Shown one piece after another: positions 20,053 to 29,160 of a DNA stretch of 32,000 bases. The translations under genes were made by a program, and so were the position numbers. The stretch is taken from positions 1,320,001-1,352,000 of the forward strand of contig NZ_LT906458.1 of NCBI RefSeq assembly GCF_900187275.1, given 5' to 3'. Below the pieces are notes generated by a model. It worked only from the letters and a program-made list of their open reading frames with translations. It did no database searches and was not told where the DNA came from. Every line of letters begins with the position of its first letter. Position 1 is the first letter of the stretch. This DNA is from Pasteurella multocida (GTDB lineage Bacteria > Pseudomonadota > Gammaproteobacteria > Enterobacterales > Pasteurellaceae).

Positions 20053-21036
20053 ATGAAAAAGAGTAACATTATTTTATTTCTGAGTTTATCTCTCTTTTCT
20101 CTCACCACTATTGCACAGCAATGTACTCACCAAGATTTAGATGTGGTTGTACTCGGTTCTGGTGGACCTGAGATTCAATTATTCCGTAACAATCCTTCTC
20201 CTCCACCGAGAGCTTCAGCAAGTTATTTAGTGCGAGAAAATGGAAAAGCCGCATTTTTAGTGGATTTCGGTACTGGTGCCTTGCAAAATTTTGCACGTTC
20301 AGGCGCTAAAATTGAAGATGTAAAAGGGATTTTAATTACTCATTTCCATGTGGATCATATAAACGATCTGCCTGCACTTGTGAAAGCCTCTTTCTTTTCT
20401 TCACGTCATCATGACTTAGCTATTTATGGACCAACGGGCAATGAATTCATTCCAGATACCGAACAATTTATCACCCGCTTACTCGGTGAAAAAGGGGCTT
20501 ATAGTTATCTCTCTGGTTTTTTAACGGGCGATGAATCCTATCAAATTCAACCAACCTCTGTGCCTGCTGATAAAACCGCCCCTATGCACTTTCACACCGA
20601 GATCGACGGTTTTCAACTGTCTGCTATCGCGACAGAACATGGCTTACTTCCCGCTCTGGCTTGGCGTATCGAAAAAGGCGGATGCCGTATTGTGTTTTCT
20701 GGCGATACCAGTAATCAAGGCAACAGCTTAGATCGCTTGGTGCAAGAGGCAGATCTCTTTATTGCACATAATGCGGTGCCTGAAACGAGCCAAGATAATG
20801 TTGCAAATAAGCTCCATATGCGCCCTTCCGAAATTGCTCGAATTGCCCAACAAGGCAACGTAAAAAACTTGTTATTAAGCCATCTCATGCGCCGTACTGA
20901 ACACGTCAAAGCACAAACCAAAAACATCATCCAAGCACGATTTGACGGAAAAATTGCGTTTGCTAATGACTGTGATGTGTACGCTGTTGCAACAGGGATA
21001 AGAAAAGGTCAATGTGGCAATAAAATCAGTGATTAA
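20053..21036 (+). CDS. Secreted metallo-beta-lactamase-fold hydrolase (RNase Z / Lactamase_B_2-like)
   Basis: 327 aa with the signal peptide MKKSNIILFLSLSLFSLTTIAQQ. The metal motif ITHFHVDHINDL (HxHxDH) is followed by downstream ligand candidates TEHG, FSGDTS, IAHN and LLSHL, in the order expected for the fold. Confidence 0.75.
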   Translation: MKKSNIILFLSLSLFSLTTIAQQCTHQDLDVVVLGSGGPEIQLFRNNPSPPPRASASYLVRENGKAAFLVDFGTGALQNFARSGAKIEDVKGILITHFHVDHINDLPALVKASFFSSRHHDLAIYGPTGNEFIPDTEQFITRLLGEKGAYSYLSGFLTGDESYQIQPTSVPADKTAPMHFHTEIDGFQLSAIATEHGLLPALAWRIEKGGCRIVFSGDTSNQGNSLDRLVQEADLFIAHNAVPETSQDNVANKLHMRPSEIARIAQQGNVKNLLLSHLMRRTEHVKAQTKNIIQARFDGKIAFANDCDVYAVATGIRKGQCGNKISD

Positions 21037-21151
21037 TATGGCATGACTTATAACTTTTTTATCTAATAAGATTTTGTTTTTTATGTTGAAAATTTCTACA
21101 TTATAGTGTTAAATCGGCATATTTTATAAGGTTATTTAACGTCGTGTTTTT

Positions 21152-21979
21152 ATGTGTCAATTACTAGGAATGAATTGTAATACGCCAACGGATATTGTTT
21201 TTTCTTTTGAAGGATTTCGTCGTCGCGCGGGTTTAACGGATTGTCATTGTGATGGATTTGGCATCGCATTTTTTGAAGGGAAAGGAATTCGAGTCTTCCG
21301 CGATAACCAAGCTGCCCATTCTTCTCCCATTGCTGATTGTGTTAAGCAGTATCATATTAAATCACTCAATGTCATCGCACATATTCGTAAAGCCACACAA
21401 GGTGAAGTGAATATTGAAAATACTCACCCGTTTATCCGTGAGTTATGGGGGCAAAACTGGGTCTTTGCCCACAACGGCAACTTAACCGTTTATCCTGATC
21501 TGACCCATTCGCTTTATCAGCCGATTGGTAGCACTGATTCTGAAGCGGCATTTTGTTATATGATGAGTGAACTCAAAACACGCTTTGCACAAAAACCCAG
21601 TGAAGATGAATTATTCACTGCGATGCAAGATATTACGCATTCCCTTTGTCAAACAGGCACATTTAACTTTATTTTATCCAACGGCGAATGGATGATTGCA
21701 CATTGCACAACTCACCTCCATTACCTCACCCGAAAAGCGCCTTTTGGTAAAGCACAGCGCATTGATGATGACGGTGTCATTGATTTTAATGATTATGCGA
21801 AAGAAGGAGATCGTGTCACCATTATTACGACCTTCCCACTCACAAAAGATGAAATTTGGACCAAAATGGAATGTGGGGGCTTTGTCTTTTTCAAAGAAGG
21901 CGAAAAAATCGCAGAAATTATAGGTGTACCCACTCAAGCAATTGACGACGGTACACTAGGCTATCAAAAATGTGCATAA
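21152..21979 (+). CDS. yafJ: Class II (Ntn) glutamine amidotransferase, YafJ-like
   Basis: 275 aa starting MCQLLGMNCN, which carries the nucleophile Cys2. HIRKATQGEVNIENTHPF and FAHNGNL are typical of the YafJ/EgtC-like GATase family. Confidence 0.78.
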   Translation: MCQLLGMNCNTPTDIVFSFEGFRRRAGLTDCHCDGFGIAFFEGKGIRVFRDNQAAHSSPIADCVKQYHIKSLNVIAHIRKATQGEVNIENTHPFIRELWGQNWVFAHNGNLTVYPDLTHSLYQPIGSTDSEAAFCYMMSELKTRFAQKPSEDELFTAMQDITHSLCQTGTFNFILSNGEWMIAHCTTHLHYLTRKAPFGKAQRIDDDGVIDFNDYAKEGDRVTIITTFPLTKDEIWTKMECGGFVFFKEGEKIAEIIGVPTQAIDDGTLGYQKCA

Positions 21980-22006
21980 AATCTGTCCACTGACAGCGGT
22001 CATACA

Positions 22007-22038
22007 AGCGTGAGCTCATCTCCTCACGCTTTTCTTTT
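22007..22038 (+). terminator. Rho-independent terminator after yafJ
   Basis: AGCGTGAG (22007-22014) pairs with CTCACGCT (22023-22030), followed by TTTCTTTT. Confidence 0.65.
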
Positions 22039-22078
22039 GCCTAAATTTTATGCTACAAAATGTTAATCAATAGTTAAC

Positions 22079-22111
22079 TTTATGCTATTTTTTCTACAAA
22101 AATAGCATAAA
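22079..22111. repeat. Perfect 14-bp AT-rich inverted repeat upstream of sdaC
   Basis: TTTATGCTATTTTT (22079-22092), loop TCTAC, AAAAATAGCATAAA (22098-22111). A collapsed copy, TTTATGCTACAAAA, lies about 30 nt upstream (22048-22061). Confidence 0.8.
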
Positions 22112-22245
22112 ATAACAATCTAAGTCACAAACTCAACATTTAATTTAATTTCACATTGAGTTTTCCCCACAATCTCTCTACTATAAATCTCCTCTTATTC
22201 TAGCGCTTTGGCGCTATTTGTTTTTTCAATAACATGGAGCGTTTT

Positions 22246-23487
22246 ATGACAACAAAATCTTGTGTCAGTTGGAGCAAGTTTGATCTTGTCTGGGCATTAA
22301 ATTTATTCGGTACCGCTGTGGGTGCGGGTGTCTTATTTTTACCCATTAATGCAGGAAAAGGCGGGTTTTGGCCCTTAGTATGCATGACACTCCTAGTAGG
22401 TCCCATGACTTACTTAGCACACCGCGGACTCACTCGTTTTGTCCTATCTTCTGCCAAAAGCGGCAGTGATATTACTGAAGTCGTAGAAGAACATTTTGGT
22501 CAAACCGCAGGAAAATTCATTACTTTACTTTATTTCTTCGCGATTTTTCCTATTCTGCTGATTTATGGTAACGGAATAACTAACACAGTCGATTCATTTA
22601 TTGTACATCAACTGCATATGAGCTCACCTAATCGCGCCTTATTGGCTTTCATCCTCATTGCCGGCTTAATTTCTGTTATGTTAATGAATGAGAAGATCAT
22701 GCTAAAAATTACCGAGTTTTTAGTCTATCCATTAGTCTGTATTCTGCTCGCCTTATCACTCTATCTTATTCCGGAATGGAATACCTCAATGTTAACAGAA
22801 TTTCCGAGTACGCAAGCCCTATTCAGCACCTTATGGATTACGATCCCTGTATTGGTTTTTTCGTTTAACCACTCACCGGCTATTTCATCTTTTGCCCAAT
22901 CTCAACAACGTGAATATGGTGATCTCACAAACACAGAAACGCATACTAACCGCACTTTAAAAATGACCTCAAGTATTTTGCTAGTGTTTGTGATGTTCTT
23001 CGTTTTTAGCTGTGTATTAAGTTTAACCCCTGCTGAATTAGCACAAGCAAAAACACAAAATATCAGTATCTTATCCTTCCTCGCCAACAAATTTGATAAT
23101 CCTTATATTTCTTACCTTGGACCTTTCGTTGCCTTCTTGGCAATTACTAGCTCTTTCTTTGGTCATTATCTCGGTGCAAAAGAAGGACTAGAAGGGTTAA
23201 TTATCAAAATGTCTGGCAAAAAAGAGATTAAGTGTCAAAAATTAAATTATTTCACCGCACTTTTCTTCTTGCTAACCCTGTGGATTGTCGCCATTATTAA
23301 TCCAAGTATTCTTGGCTTAATAGAATCCTTCGGCGGACCGATTATTGCTGCAATTTTATTTATCATGCCTATGTATGCGATCCGTAAAATTCCCGCGATG
23401 CAACGTTACCAAGGACGCTTTTCGAATCTCTTCGTTACCATCATGGGTATGTTCGCCATCTCAGCGGTTGTTTATGGCTTATTTTAA
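22246..23487 (+). CDS. sdaC: Serine/H+ symporter SdaC (HAAAP family)
   Basis: I prefer the ATG at 22246, with GGAG 6 nt upstream, over the track start at 22234. It is colinear with E. coli SdaC ([64 protein letters not shown]). Confidence 0.9.
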   Translation: MTTKSCVSWSKFDLVWALNLFGTAVGAGVLFLPINAGKGGFWPLVCMTLLVGPMTYLAHRGLTRFVLSSAKSGSDITEVVEEHFGQTAGKFITLLYFFAIFPILLIYGNGITNTVDSFIVHQLHMSSPNRALLAFILIAGLISVMLMNEKIMLKITEFLVYPLVCILLALSLYLIPEWNTSMLTEFPSTQALFSTLWITIPVLVFSFNHSPAISSFAQSQQREYGDLTNTETHTNRTLKMTSSILLVFVMFFVFSCVLSLTPAELAQAKTQNISILSFLANKFDNPYISYLGPFVAFLAITSSFFGHYLGAKEGLEGLIIKMSGKKEIKCQKLNYFTALFFLLTLWIVAIINPSILGLIESFGGPIIAAILFIMPMYAIRKIPAMQRYQGRFSNLFVTIMGMFAISAVVYGLF

Positions 23488-23544
23488 TTCGGCAAAATCC
23501 GTGTAGAATAGCCTCCCTTTTACGCTAAAGAAAAGTAGAAATGT

Positions 23545-24912
23545 ATGATTAGTGTTTTTGATATGTTTAAAATTGGTATTGGTCCCTCGAGTTCCCATAC
23601 TGTCGGTCCCATGAAAGCGGGCAAACAATTTATTGATGATCTTGTGAGTCGTCATCAGCTAGCACAAGTGAGTAAACTGCGTGTGGAGGTGTACGGTTCA
23701 CTTTCCATGACAGGACGTGGACATAATACCGACATTGCCATTATTATAGGATTAGCCGGCTATTTACCCCATGATGTGGATATCGAGTTGATCCCTCAAT
23801 TTATTTCTACCCTAAAACAGACTGCCCGTTTGCCCATCGCGCAAAATACGAAAGAGGTCACTTTTAATTTTAATGATGACTTAATCTTTCATCAAACCTT
23901 CCTCCCACGACATGAAAATGGGATGACTATTACCGCACTAACACAAGATGATACGGAACTTTATCAGCAAACCTACTACTCTATCGGAGGCGGGTTTATT
24001 GTGGATGAAGAACATTTTGAACATGCTATGCATACTGAAATCAGTGTGCCATTTCCTTACCAAAATGCAGCAGATATGCTAAAACACTGTGATGACAATG
24101 GTCTCCCGTTGTCTAGTGTTGTGATGAAAAATGAAATCGCATTACATGGAAAAACCGCATTAAGTCAACATTTACAACAGGTCTGGCAAACCATGAAAGC
24201 CTGTATCCAACACGGTATCAATACAGAAGGTTTATTACCGGGTCCATTAAAAGTGCCTCGTCGCGCGGCAAGCTTATATCGAATGTTACAAGCGAATAGT
24301 AGCTTATCCAATGATCCAATGAGCATTGTGGATTGGGTGAATATGTATGCGCTTGCTGTCAATGAAGAAAATGCTGCAGGCGGACGTGTGGTAACTGCGC
24401 CAACCAACGGGGCTTGTGGTATTGTGCCTGCTGTATTTGCTTATTACGAACACTTCATCGCAGATAGCATACCTGACATCATCGAACGTTATTTATTAAC
24501 TTGTAGCTTTATTGGTTCACTGTACAAAATGAATGCGTCAATTTCAGGTGCTGAAGTAGGCTGCCAAGGCGAAGTTGGTGTAGCTTGTTCTATGGCGGCG
24601 GCTGGCTTGACTGAAATTCTGGGTGGTAGTCCTGAACAAGTATGTATTGCGGCAGAAATTGCCATGGAACATAATCTTGGTCTGACTTGCGATCCAGTCG
24701 GAGGACAGGTACAGGTCCCTTGTATTGAACGTAATGCTATCGCCGCGGTTAAAGCCATTAATGCCAGTCGAATGGCATTGCGTCGAACAACCAGTCCACG
24801 AGTCACTTTAGACAAGGTCATTGAAACTATGTATGAAACAGGCAAAGATATGAATGCTAAATACCGTGAAACCTCGCAGGGTGGATTGGCTATTAAAGTA
24901 GTCTGTTCATAA
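23545..24912 (+). CDS. sdaA: L-serine dehydratase (iron-sulfur dependent, single chain)
   Basis: 455 aa. MISVFDMFKIGIGPSSSHTVGPM and SISGAEVGCQGEVGVACSMAAAG are hallmark SdaA motifs. It lies downstream of sdaC, as in the E. coli sdaCB operon. Confidence 0.93.
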   Translation: MISVFDMFKIGIGPSSSHTVGPMKAGKQFIDDLVSRHQLAQVSKLRVEVYGSLSMTGRGHNTDIAIIIGLAGYLPHDVDIELIPQFISTLKQTARLPIAQNTKEVTFNFNDDLIFHQTFLPRHENGMTITALTQDDTELYQQTYYSIGGGFIVDEEHFEHAMHTEISVPFPYQNAADMLKHCDDNGLPLSSVVMKNEIALHGKTALSQHLQQVWQTMKACIQHGINTEGLLPGPLKVPRRAASLYRMLQANSSLSNDPMSIVDWVNMYALAVNEENAAGGRVVTAPTNGACGIVPAVFAYYEHFIADSIPDIIERYLLTCSFIGSLYKMNASISGAEVGCQGEVGVACSMAAAGLTEILGGSPEQVCIAAEIAMEHNLGLTCDPVGGQVQVPCIERNAIAAVKAINASRMALRRTTSPRVTLDKVIETMYETGKDMNAKYRETSQGGLAIKVVCS

Positions 24913-24920
24913 CTCATTTA

Positions 24921-24946
24921 AAAGGGCTTATTACAAGCCCTTTTTT
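24921..24946. terminator. Bidirectional terminator between sdaA (+) and the DUF1287 gene (-)
   Basis: AAA-GGGCTT-ATTAC-AAGCCC-TTTTTT. Confidence 0.7.
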
Positions 24947-24948
24947 AT

Positions 24949-25515
24949 CTAATAACGATAATGCCCAATCATTTTATATTTAAATAAAATATCTTCTTCC
25001 TGCGTACCCGCACCAATATTATGAATAACCAGAGGAATCCCTGCCGAAGTTTTCTTATCCGAAATAATGCCAATATGCGGTAAATTACGCGGTAAACGCC
25101 AAGTCACAATGTCTCCTGCCTTAAAACTTGTGATATCCGTAAGGGATAATGATTTCGCATGGCGTTGAAAAAAAGTTTCTAAATTTGGAACACGACGATG
25201 GTCAATATTGGTATCCGTGCTTTTTAATCCCCAAAGTTTTGGATAACTTGACCACGCTTTTTTCATGTCTTGATTGACCAATTTTTGCAAATCAATCTGC
25301 TGATGACGATACGCCCGAATCACGACATCCGTACACACCCCAGTGTGTAACGGCACATCCCCCATGGGGAAAGCCATTTTCCGGTAAGCCGGATCATAAC
25401 CAATTGTCACATTAATTTGCTTCTTGGCATCATTCACTAACTGCATTGCATTAGTCGCTGCTAACGTCCCTAACGAAAAAACCAGCAAAATAACACTAAC
25501 GATCCACTTTTTCAT
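24949..25515 (-). CDS. Exported DUF1287-family protein
   Basis: 188 aa with the signal peptide [37 protein letters not shown]...[12 protein letters not shown] and [11 protein letters not shown] match my recollection of DUF1287 proteins. Its ATG overlaps the dnaE stop codon (ATGA). Confidence 0.68.
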   Translation of the reverse strand: MKKWIVSVILLVFSLGTLAATNAMQLVNDAKKQINVTIGYDPAYRKMAFPMGDVPLHTGVCTDVVIRAYRHQQIDLQKLVNQDMKKAWSSYPKLWGLKSTDTNIDHRRVPNLETFFQRHAKSLSLTDITSFKAGDIVTWRLPRNLPHIGIISDKKTSAGIPLVIHNIGAGTQEEDILFKYKMIGHYRY

Positions 25516-28500
25516 GATTGAAACTCTAACTCCACTGCATTTTCACCTAATTTTTCAGCCAGTTCAGTAAATAATTGATCGGTCGGATTCACAGACCACT
25601 GTACTCCCATTTTGACACGACATTGCCCCGCTGTACTCGCATAATAAACATAGATAGGTAAGGTTCCGCCACTATAAGGTGTTAATAACGCTTTCAATTC
25701 ACGAATAAATGTCGGTTTCATGTTTTCCTCAGATAAACATATCGCCAAACTTTTCGCATAGCGACTACGCGCTTCATCTAAGCTCATCAGTTCACGAACT
25801 GACATTTTTAATCCACCCGAAAACTCATCAAAACTGACTTGCCCTGATACAATGATCACCGTATCTTTTTGTAATTTGTCTGCATATTTATCCAAGGCTT
25901 CACCAAATAACGTGATATCTAATCGCCCTGAACGATCATCTAGTGTAGCGATGCCAAGCCGATTGCCTTTCTTGGTTACAGCAAAACGAGATGAGACAAG
26001 TAACCCACTGACCGTACTCATTTGTCCACGAGAATTCGGTACTAAATCTTTTAACCGCGTAGCACTGTAATGCGCTAACTCTTTCAAATACGGACTAATA
26101 GGATGGCTACTTAAATATAACCCAAGGGTTTCACGTTCCCCTTCCAAAATTACTTTCTCGCTCCAACGTGGCGTACTGGCATACGCTTTTTCCACGTCTT
26201 CATGACTTTCAGTCAGCACACCAAACATATCCGCTTGCCCCATTGCCGCATCTTTCGCGTGCTGATCGGAGGCTTTTAACGCATCTTCAAGATTTTTCGA
26301 TAACGCGGCACGGTGTGGACCTAATTTATCAAACGCACCAGATAAAATCAGACTTTCAAAAGTACGACGATTGATCTTTTTCAAATCGACTCGAGCACAT
26401 AAATCAAATAAATCTTTGAAAATGCCGCCTTGCTCACGGGCTGAAATTAACGCTTCAATGGGTCCTTCTCCCACCCCTTTAATCGCACCAATACCATACA
26501 CAATTTCGCCATGTTCATTCACGCTGAAATGATGCTTACCGGTGTTAATATCTGGCGGAGCGACTTTTAACCCCATACGTAAACATTCATCGTATAAGCC
26601 GACAATTTTATCGGTGTTATCCATCTCTGATGTCATTACCGCCGCCATAAACTCGGCAGGATAATGAGTTTTCAACCACAGGGTTTGATAAGACACTAAA
26701 GCATAAGCCGCAGAGTGGGATTTATTAAAGCCATAACCTGCGAATTTTTCCACCAAGTCAAAGATTTTCATGGCTAACTCGCCATCCACTCCTTTTTGAA
26801 TCGCGCCTTTCTCAAAAATTTCACGTTGTGCTGCCATTTCTTCTGGCTTTTTCTTCCCCATCGCACGACGTAATAAGTCCGCCCCACCGAGAGTATATCC
26901 AGCCAATTCTTGGGCAATCTGCATGACCTGTTCTTGATATACAATTACGCCATAAGTCGGTTCTAAAATCGGTTTTAAACTGTCGTGTTGATATTCTGGA
27001 TCGGGATACGCCACTACTTCATTGCCATGCTTACGATCAATAAAGTTTTGTACCATGCCTGACTCTAACGGACCAGGACGGAACAATGCTACTAACGCGA
27101 TAATATCCTCAAAACAGTCAGGCTGAAGACGTTTGATCAAATCCTTCATACCACGCGATTCGAGCTGGAATACGGCGGTGGTTTCTGAACGTTTTAATAA
27201 TTCAAAAGAAGCAGGATCATCTAACGGGATTGTGGCAATATCCACAGGCGGTTTGCCTTCTTTGGCAAGACGCGTATTAATCATGTCTAATGCCCATTTG
27301 ATAATGGTCAGTGTGCGTAAACCTAAAAAGTCAAACTTCACCAGACCGGCATACTCCACATCATTTTTATCAAAATGGGTGACTGGATGTTTACCTTCAG
27401 AGTCACAATAAAGCGGCGAGAAATCAGTAATTAACCCTGGGGAAATTACCACGCCTCCAGCGTGCTTACCGGCATTGCGGGTGACTCCTTCAAGCTTGCG
27501 CGCCATATCAATCAAGGCTTTGACTTCCTCATCGGAGTCGTATACTGCTTGTAATTGTGGCTCCGCGGCAAATGCTTTTGCCAAGGTCATGCCGGGATCA
27601 GGCGGAATTAATTTTGAGATGCGATCCACAAAACCATAAGGATGACCAAGTACACGCCCCACATCTCGGATCACGGCTTTTGCTGCCATGGTACCGAAAG
27701 TGATAATCTGAGATACTGCACCACGACCATAGGTTTCTGCCACATGATCAATCACGCGATCGCGACCATCCATACAAAAATCCACGTCAAAGTCAGGCAT
27801 GGAGACTCGCTCTGGGTTCAAGAAACGCTCAAAAAGCAAATCAAATTCTAGCGGATCAAGATCGGTAATTTTTAATGCATACGCCACTAACGATCCTGCC
27901 CCGGAACCACGTCCTGGACCGACAGGAATATCGTTATCTTTCGACCACTGAATAAACTCCATCACGATCAAGAAATAGCCCGGAAAACCCATTTGGTTAA
28001 TCACGTCTAATTCTACTTGTAAACGTTCATCATATTCGGGGCGACGTGCTTGACGCACTTTTTCATCGGGAAAAAGAAATTTAAGGCGCTCTTCCAAACC
28101 TTCTTTCGATTTTTTTACCAAAAAATCTTCTGTGGACAGATCGCCCGTTGGAAATTGTGGTAAAAAATACTCTCCAAGACGAATCGTCACATTACAACGT
28201 TGCGCGATCAGTAAGGTATTTTCTAATGCCGAAGGCACGTCTGCAAAAAGATCACACATTTCTTGCTCAGAGCGAAAATATTGCTGATTGGTATAAAGTT
28301 TAGGACGTTTAGGATCATCAAGGGTGTAACTGTCATGAATGGCGACGCGAATTTCATGGGCTTCAAAATCGTCTTCATGCAAAAATAACACATCATTAGT
28401 GGCAACAACGGGCAAGCCTTTTTCTTCTGCCAATGTCAAAGCCAAACTCACATAGCGTTCTTCTTCATAACGTCCTGTGCGGCTCAAACTCAAATAAAAG

Positions 28501-28991
28501 TGTTCGGGGAAAAAATCTTGATAAAAAGCGACCGCACTTTCAATCTCAGCCGCATGACCTTTTAGTAATTTTTTACCCACATCACCATTGTGTCCCCCTG
28601 ACAGTACAATAATCCCTTCACGGTATTCAGCGAGCCAGGCTTGGTCTAGATAAGGGAGATCTTGATAACCTCGCTCATAGGCTTTAGAGAGCAGCAAAGT
28701 AATATTGTGATAGCCTATATTGTTCTTAGCCAGTAATGTCAGCTCAAAAGGTTCATCACCACAAAGTTCACTTCTCACCAGCACATCTGCTCCAATAATG
28801 GGTTTCACACCAGCAGATAATGCCTCGCCATAAAAGCGCACTAAACCACAAAAGTTAGTAAAGTCTGTTAAGCCCATTGCCACCATATGATTATCGACAC
28901 AGGCTTTAATTAATGGCTTGACTTTGGCAATCCCATTAATCATGGAAAAATCACTGTGAACGCGAAGGTGAACAAAACGGGGTTGAGACAT
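25512..28991 (-). CDS. dnaE: DNA polymerase III alpha subunit
   Basis: I prefer the ATG at 28991 ([22 protein letters not shown] 8 nt upstream), which gives 1159 aa against 1160 aa for E. coli DnaE. It is colinear throughout (PHP domain, [36 protein letters not shown] fold). The track start at 29075 adds 28 implausible residues. Confidence 0.97.
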   Translation of the reverse strand: MSQPRFVHLRVHSDFSMINGIAKVKPLIKACVDNHMVAMGLTDFTNFCGLVRFYGEALSAGVKPIIGADVLVRSELCGDEPFELTLLAKNNIGYHNITLLLSKAYERGYQDLPYLDQAWLAEYREGIIVLSGGHNGDVGKKLLKGHAAEIESAVAFYQDFFPEHFYLSLSRTGRYEEERYVSLALTLAEEKGLPVVATNDVLFLHEDDFEAHEIRVAIHDSYTLDDPKRPKLYTNQQYFRSEQEMCDLFADVPSALENTLLIAQRCNVTIRLGEYFLPQFPTGDLSTEDFLVKKSKEGLEERLKFLFPDEKVRQARRPEYDERLQVELDVINQMGFPGYFLIVMEFIQWSKDNDIPVGPGRGSGAGSLVAYALKITDLDPLEFDLLFERFLNPERVSMPDFDVDFCMDGRDRVIDHVAETYGRGAVSQIITFGTMAAKAVIRDVGRVLGHPYGFVDRISKLIPPDPGMTLAKAFAAEPQLQAVYDSDEEVKALIDMARKLEGVTRNAGKHAGGVVISPGLITDFSPLYCDSEGKHPVTHFDKNDVEYAGLVKFDFLGLRTLTIIKWALDMINTRLAKEGKPPVDIATIPLDDPASFELLKRSETTAVFQLESRGMKDLIKRLQPDCFEDIIALVALFRPGPLESGMVQNFIDRKHGNEVVAYPDPEYQHDSLKPILEPTYGVIVYQEQVMQIAQELAGYTLGGADLLRRAMGKKKPEEMAAQREIFEKGAIQKGVDGELAMKIFDLVEKFAGYGFNKSHSAAYALVSYQTLWLKTHYPAEFMAAVMTSEMDNTDKIVGLYDECLRMGLKVAPPDINTGKHHFSVNEHGEIVYGIGAIKGVGEGPIEALISAREQGGIFKDLFDLCARVDLKKINRRTFESLILSGAFDKLGPHRAALSKNLEDALKASDQHAKDAAMGQADMFGVLTESHEDVEKAYASTPRWSEKVILEGERETLGLYLSSHPISPYLKELAHYSATRLKDLVPNSRGQMSTVSGLLVSSRFAVTKKGNRLGIATLDDRSGRLDITLFGEALDKYADKLQKDTVIIVSGQVSFDEFSGGLKMSVRELMSLDEARSRYAKSLAICLSEENMKPTFIRELKALLTPYSGGTLPIYVYYASTAGQCRVKMGVQWSVNPTDQLFTELAEKLGENAVELEFQS

Positions 28992-29107
28992 AAAAAGTAT
29001 CCTTGAAAAGCATAAATTCAGGCAGAAAGTGCGGTCTATTTTAGCGAGATTTTGACAGTAGCACAAATTCAACAAATTGAGTCAACTATGTGGAGACCAT
29101 GCATAAA

Positions 29108-29136
29108 ACGAAAAAGGCTTGGGTTGCCCCAAGCCT
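29108..29136 (-). terminator. Rho-independent terminator of the catalase gene
   Basis: AGGCTTGGG (29115-29123) pairs with CCCAAGCCT (29128-29136) across loop TTGC. The A run at 29111-29115 gives a U tract on the minus-strand transcript. Confidence 0.7.
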
Positions 29137-29160
29137 AATATTCATAAAGTTCAGAAGGTA

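Noticed and set aside
28992-29075. N-terminal extensions proposed by the longest-ORF track: dnaE from 29075, fbpA from 3972, fbpC from 6731, nhaB from 8775, sdaC from 22234
   Set aside because: Internal starts at 28991, 4026, 6779, 8787 and 22246 have SD sequences. They also give N-termini matching known orthologues or proper signal peptides. The extensions add non-conserved residues.
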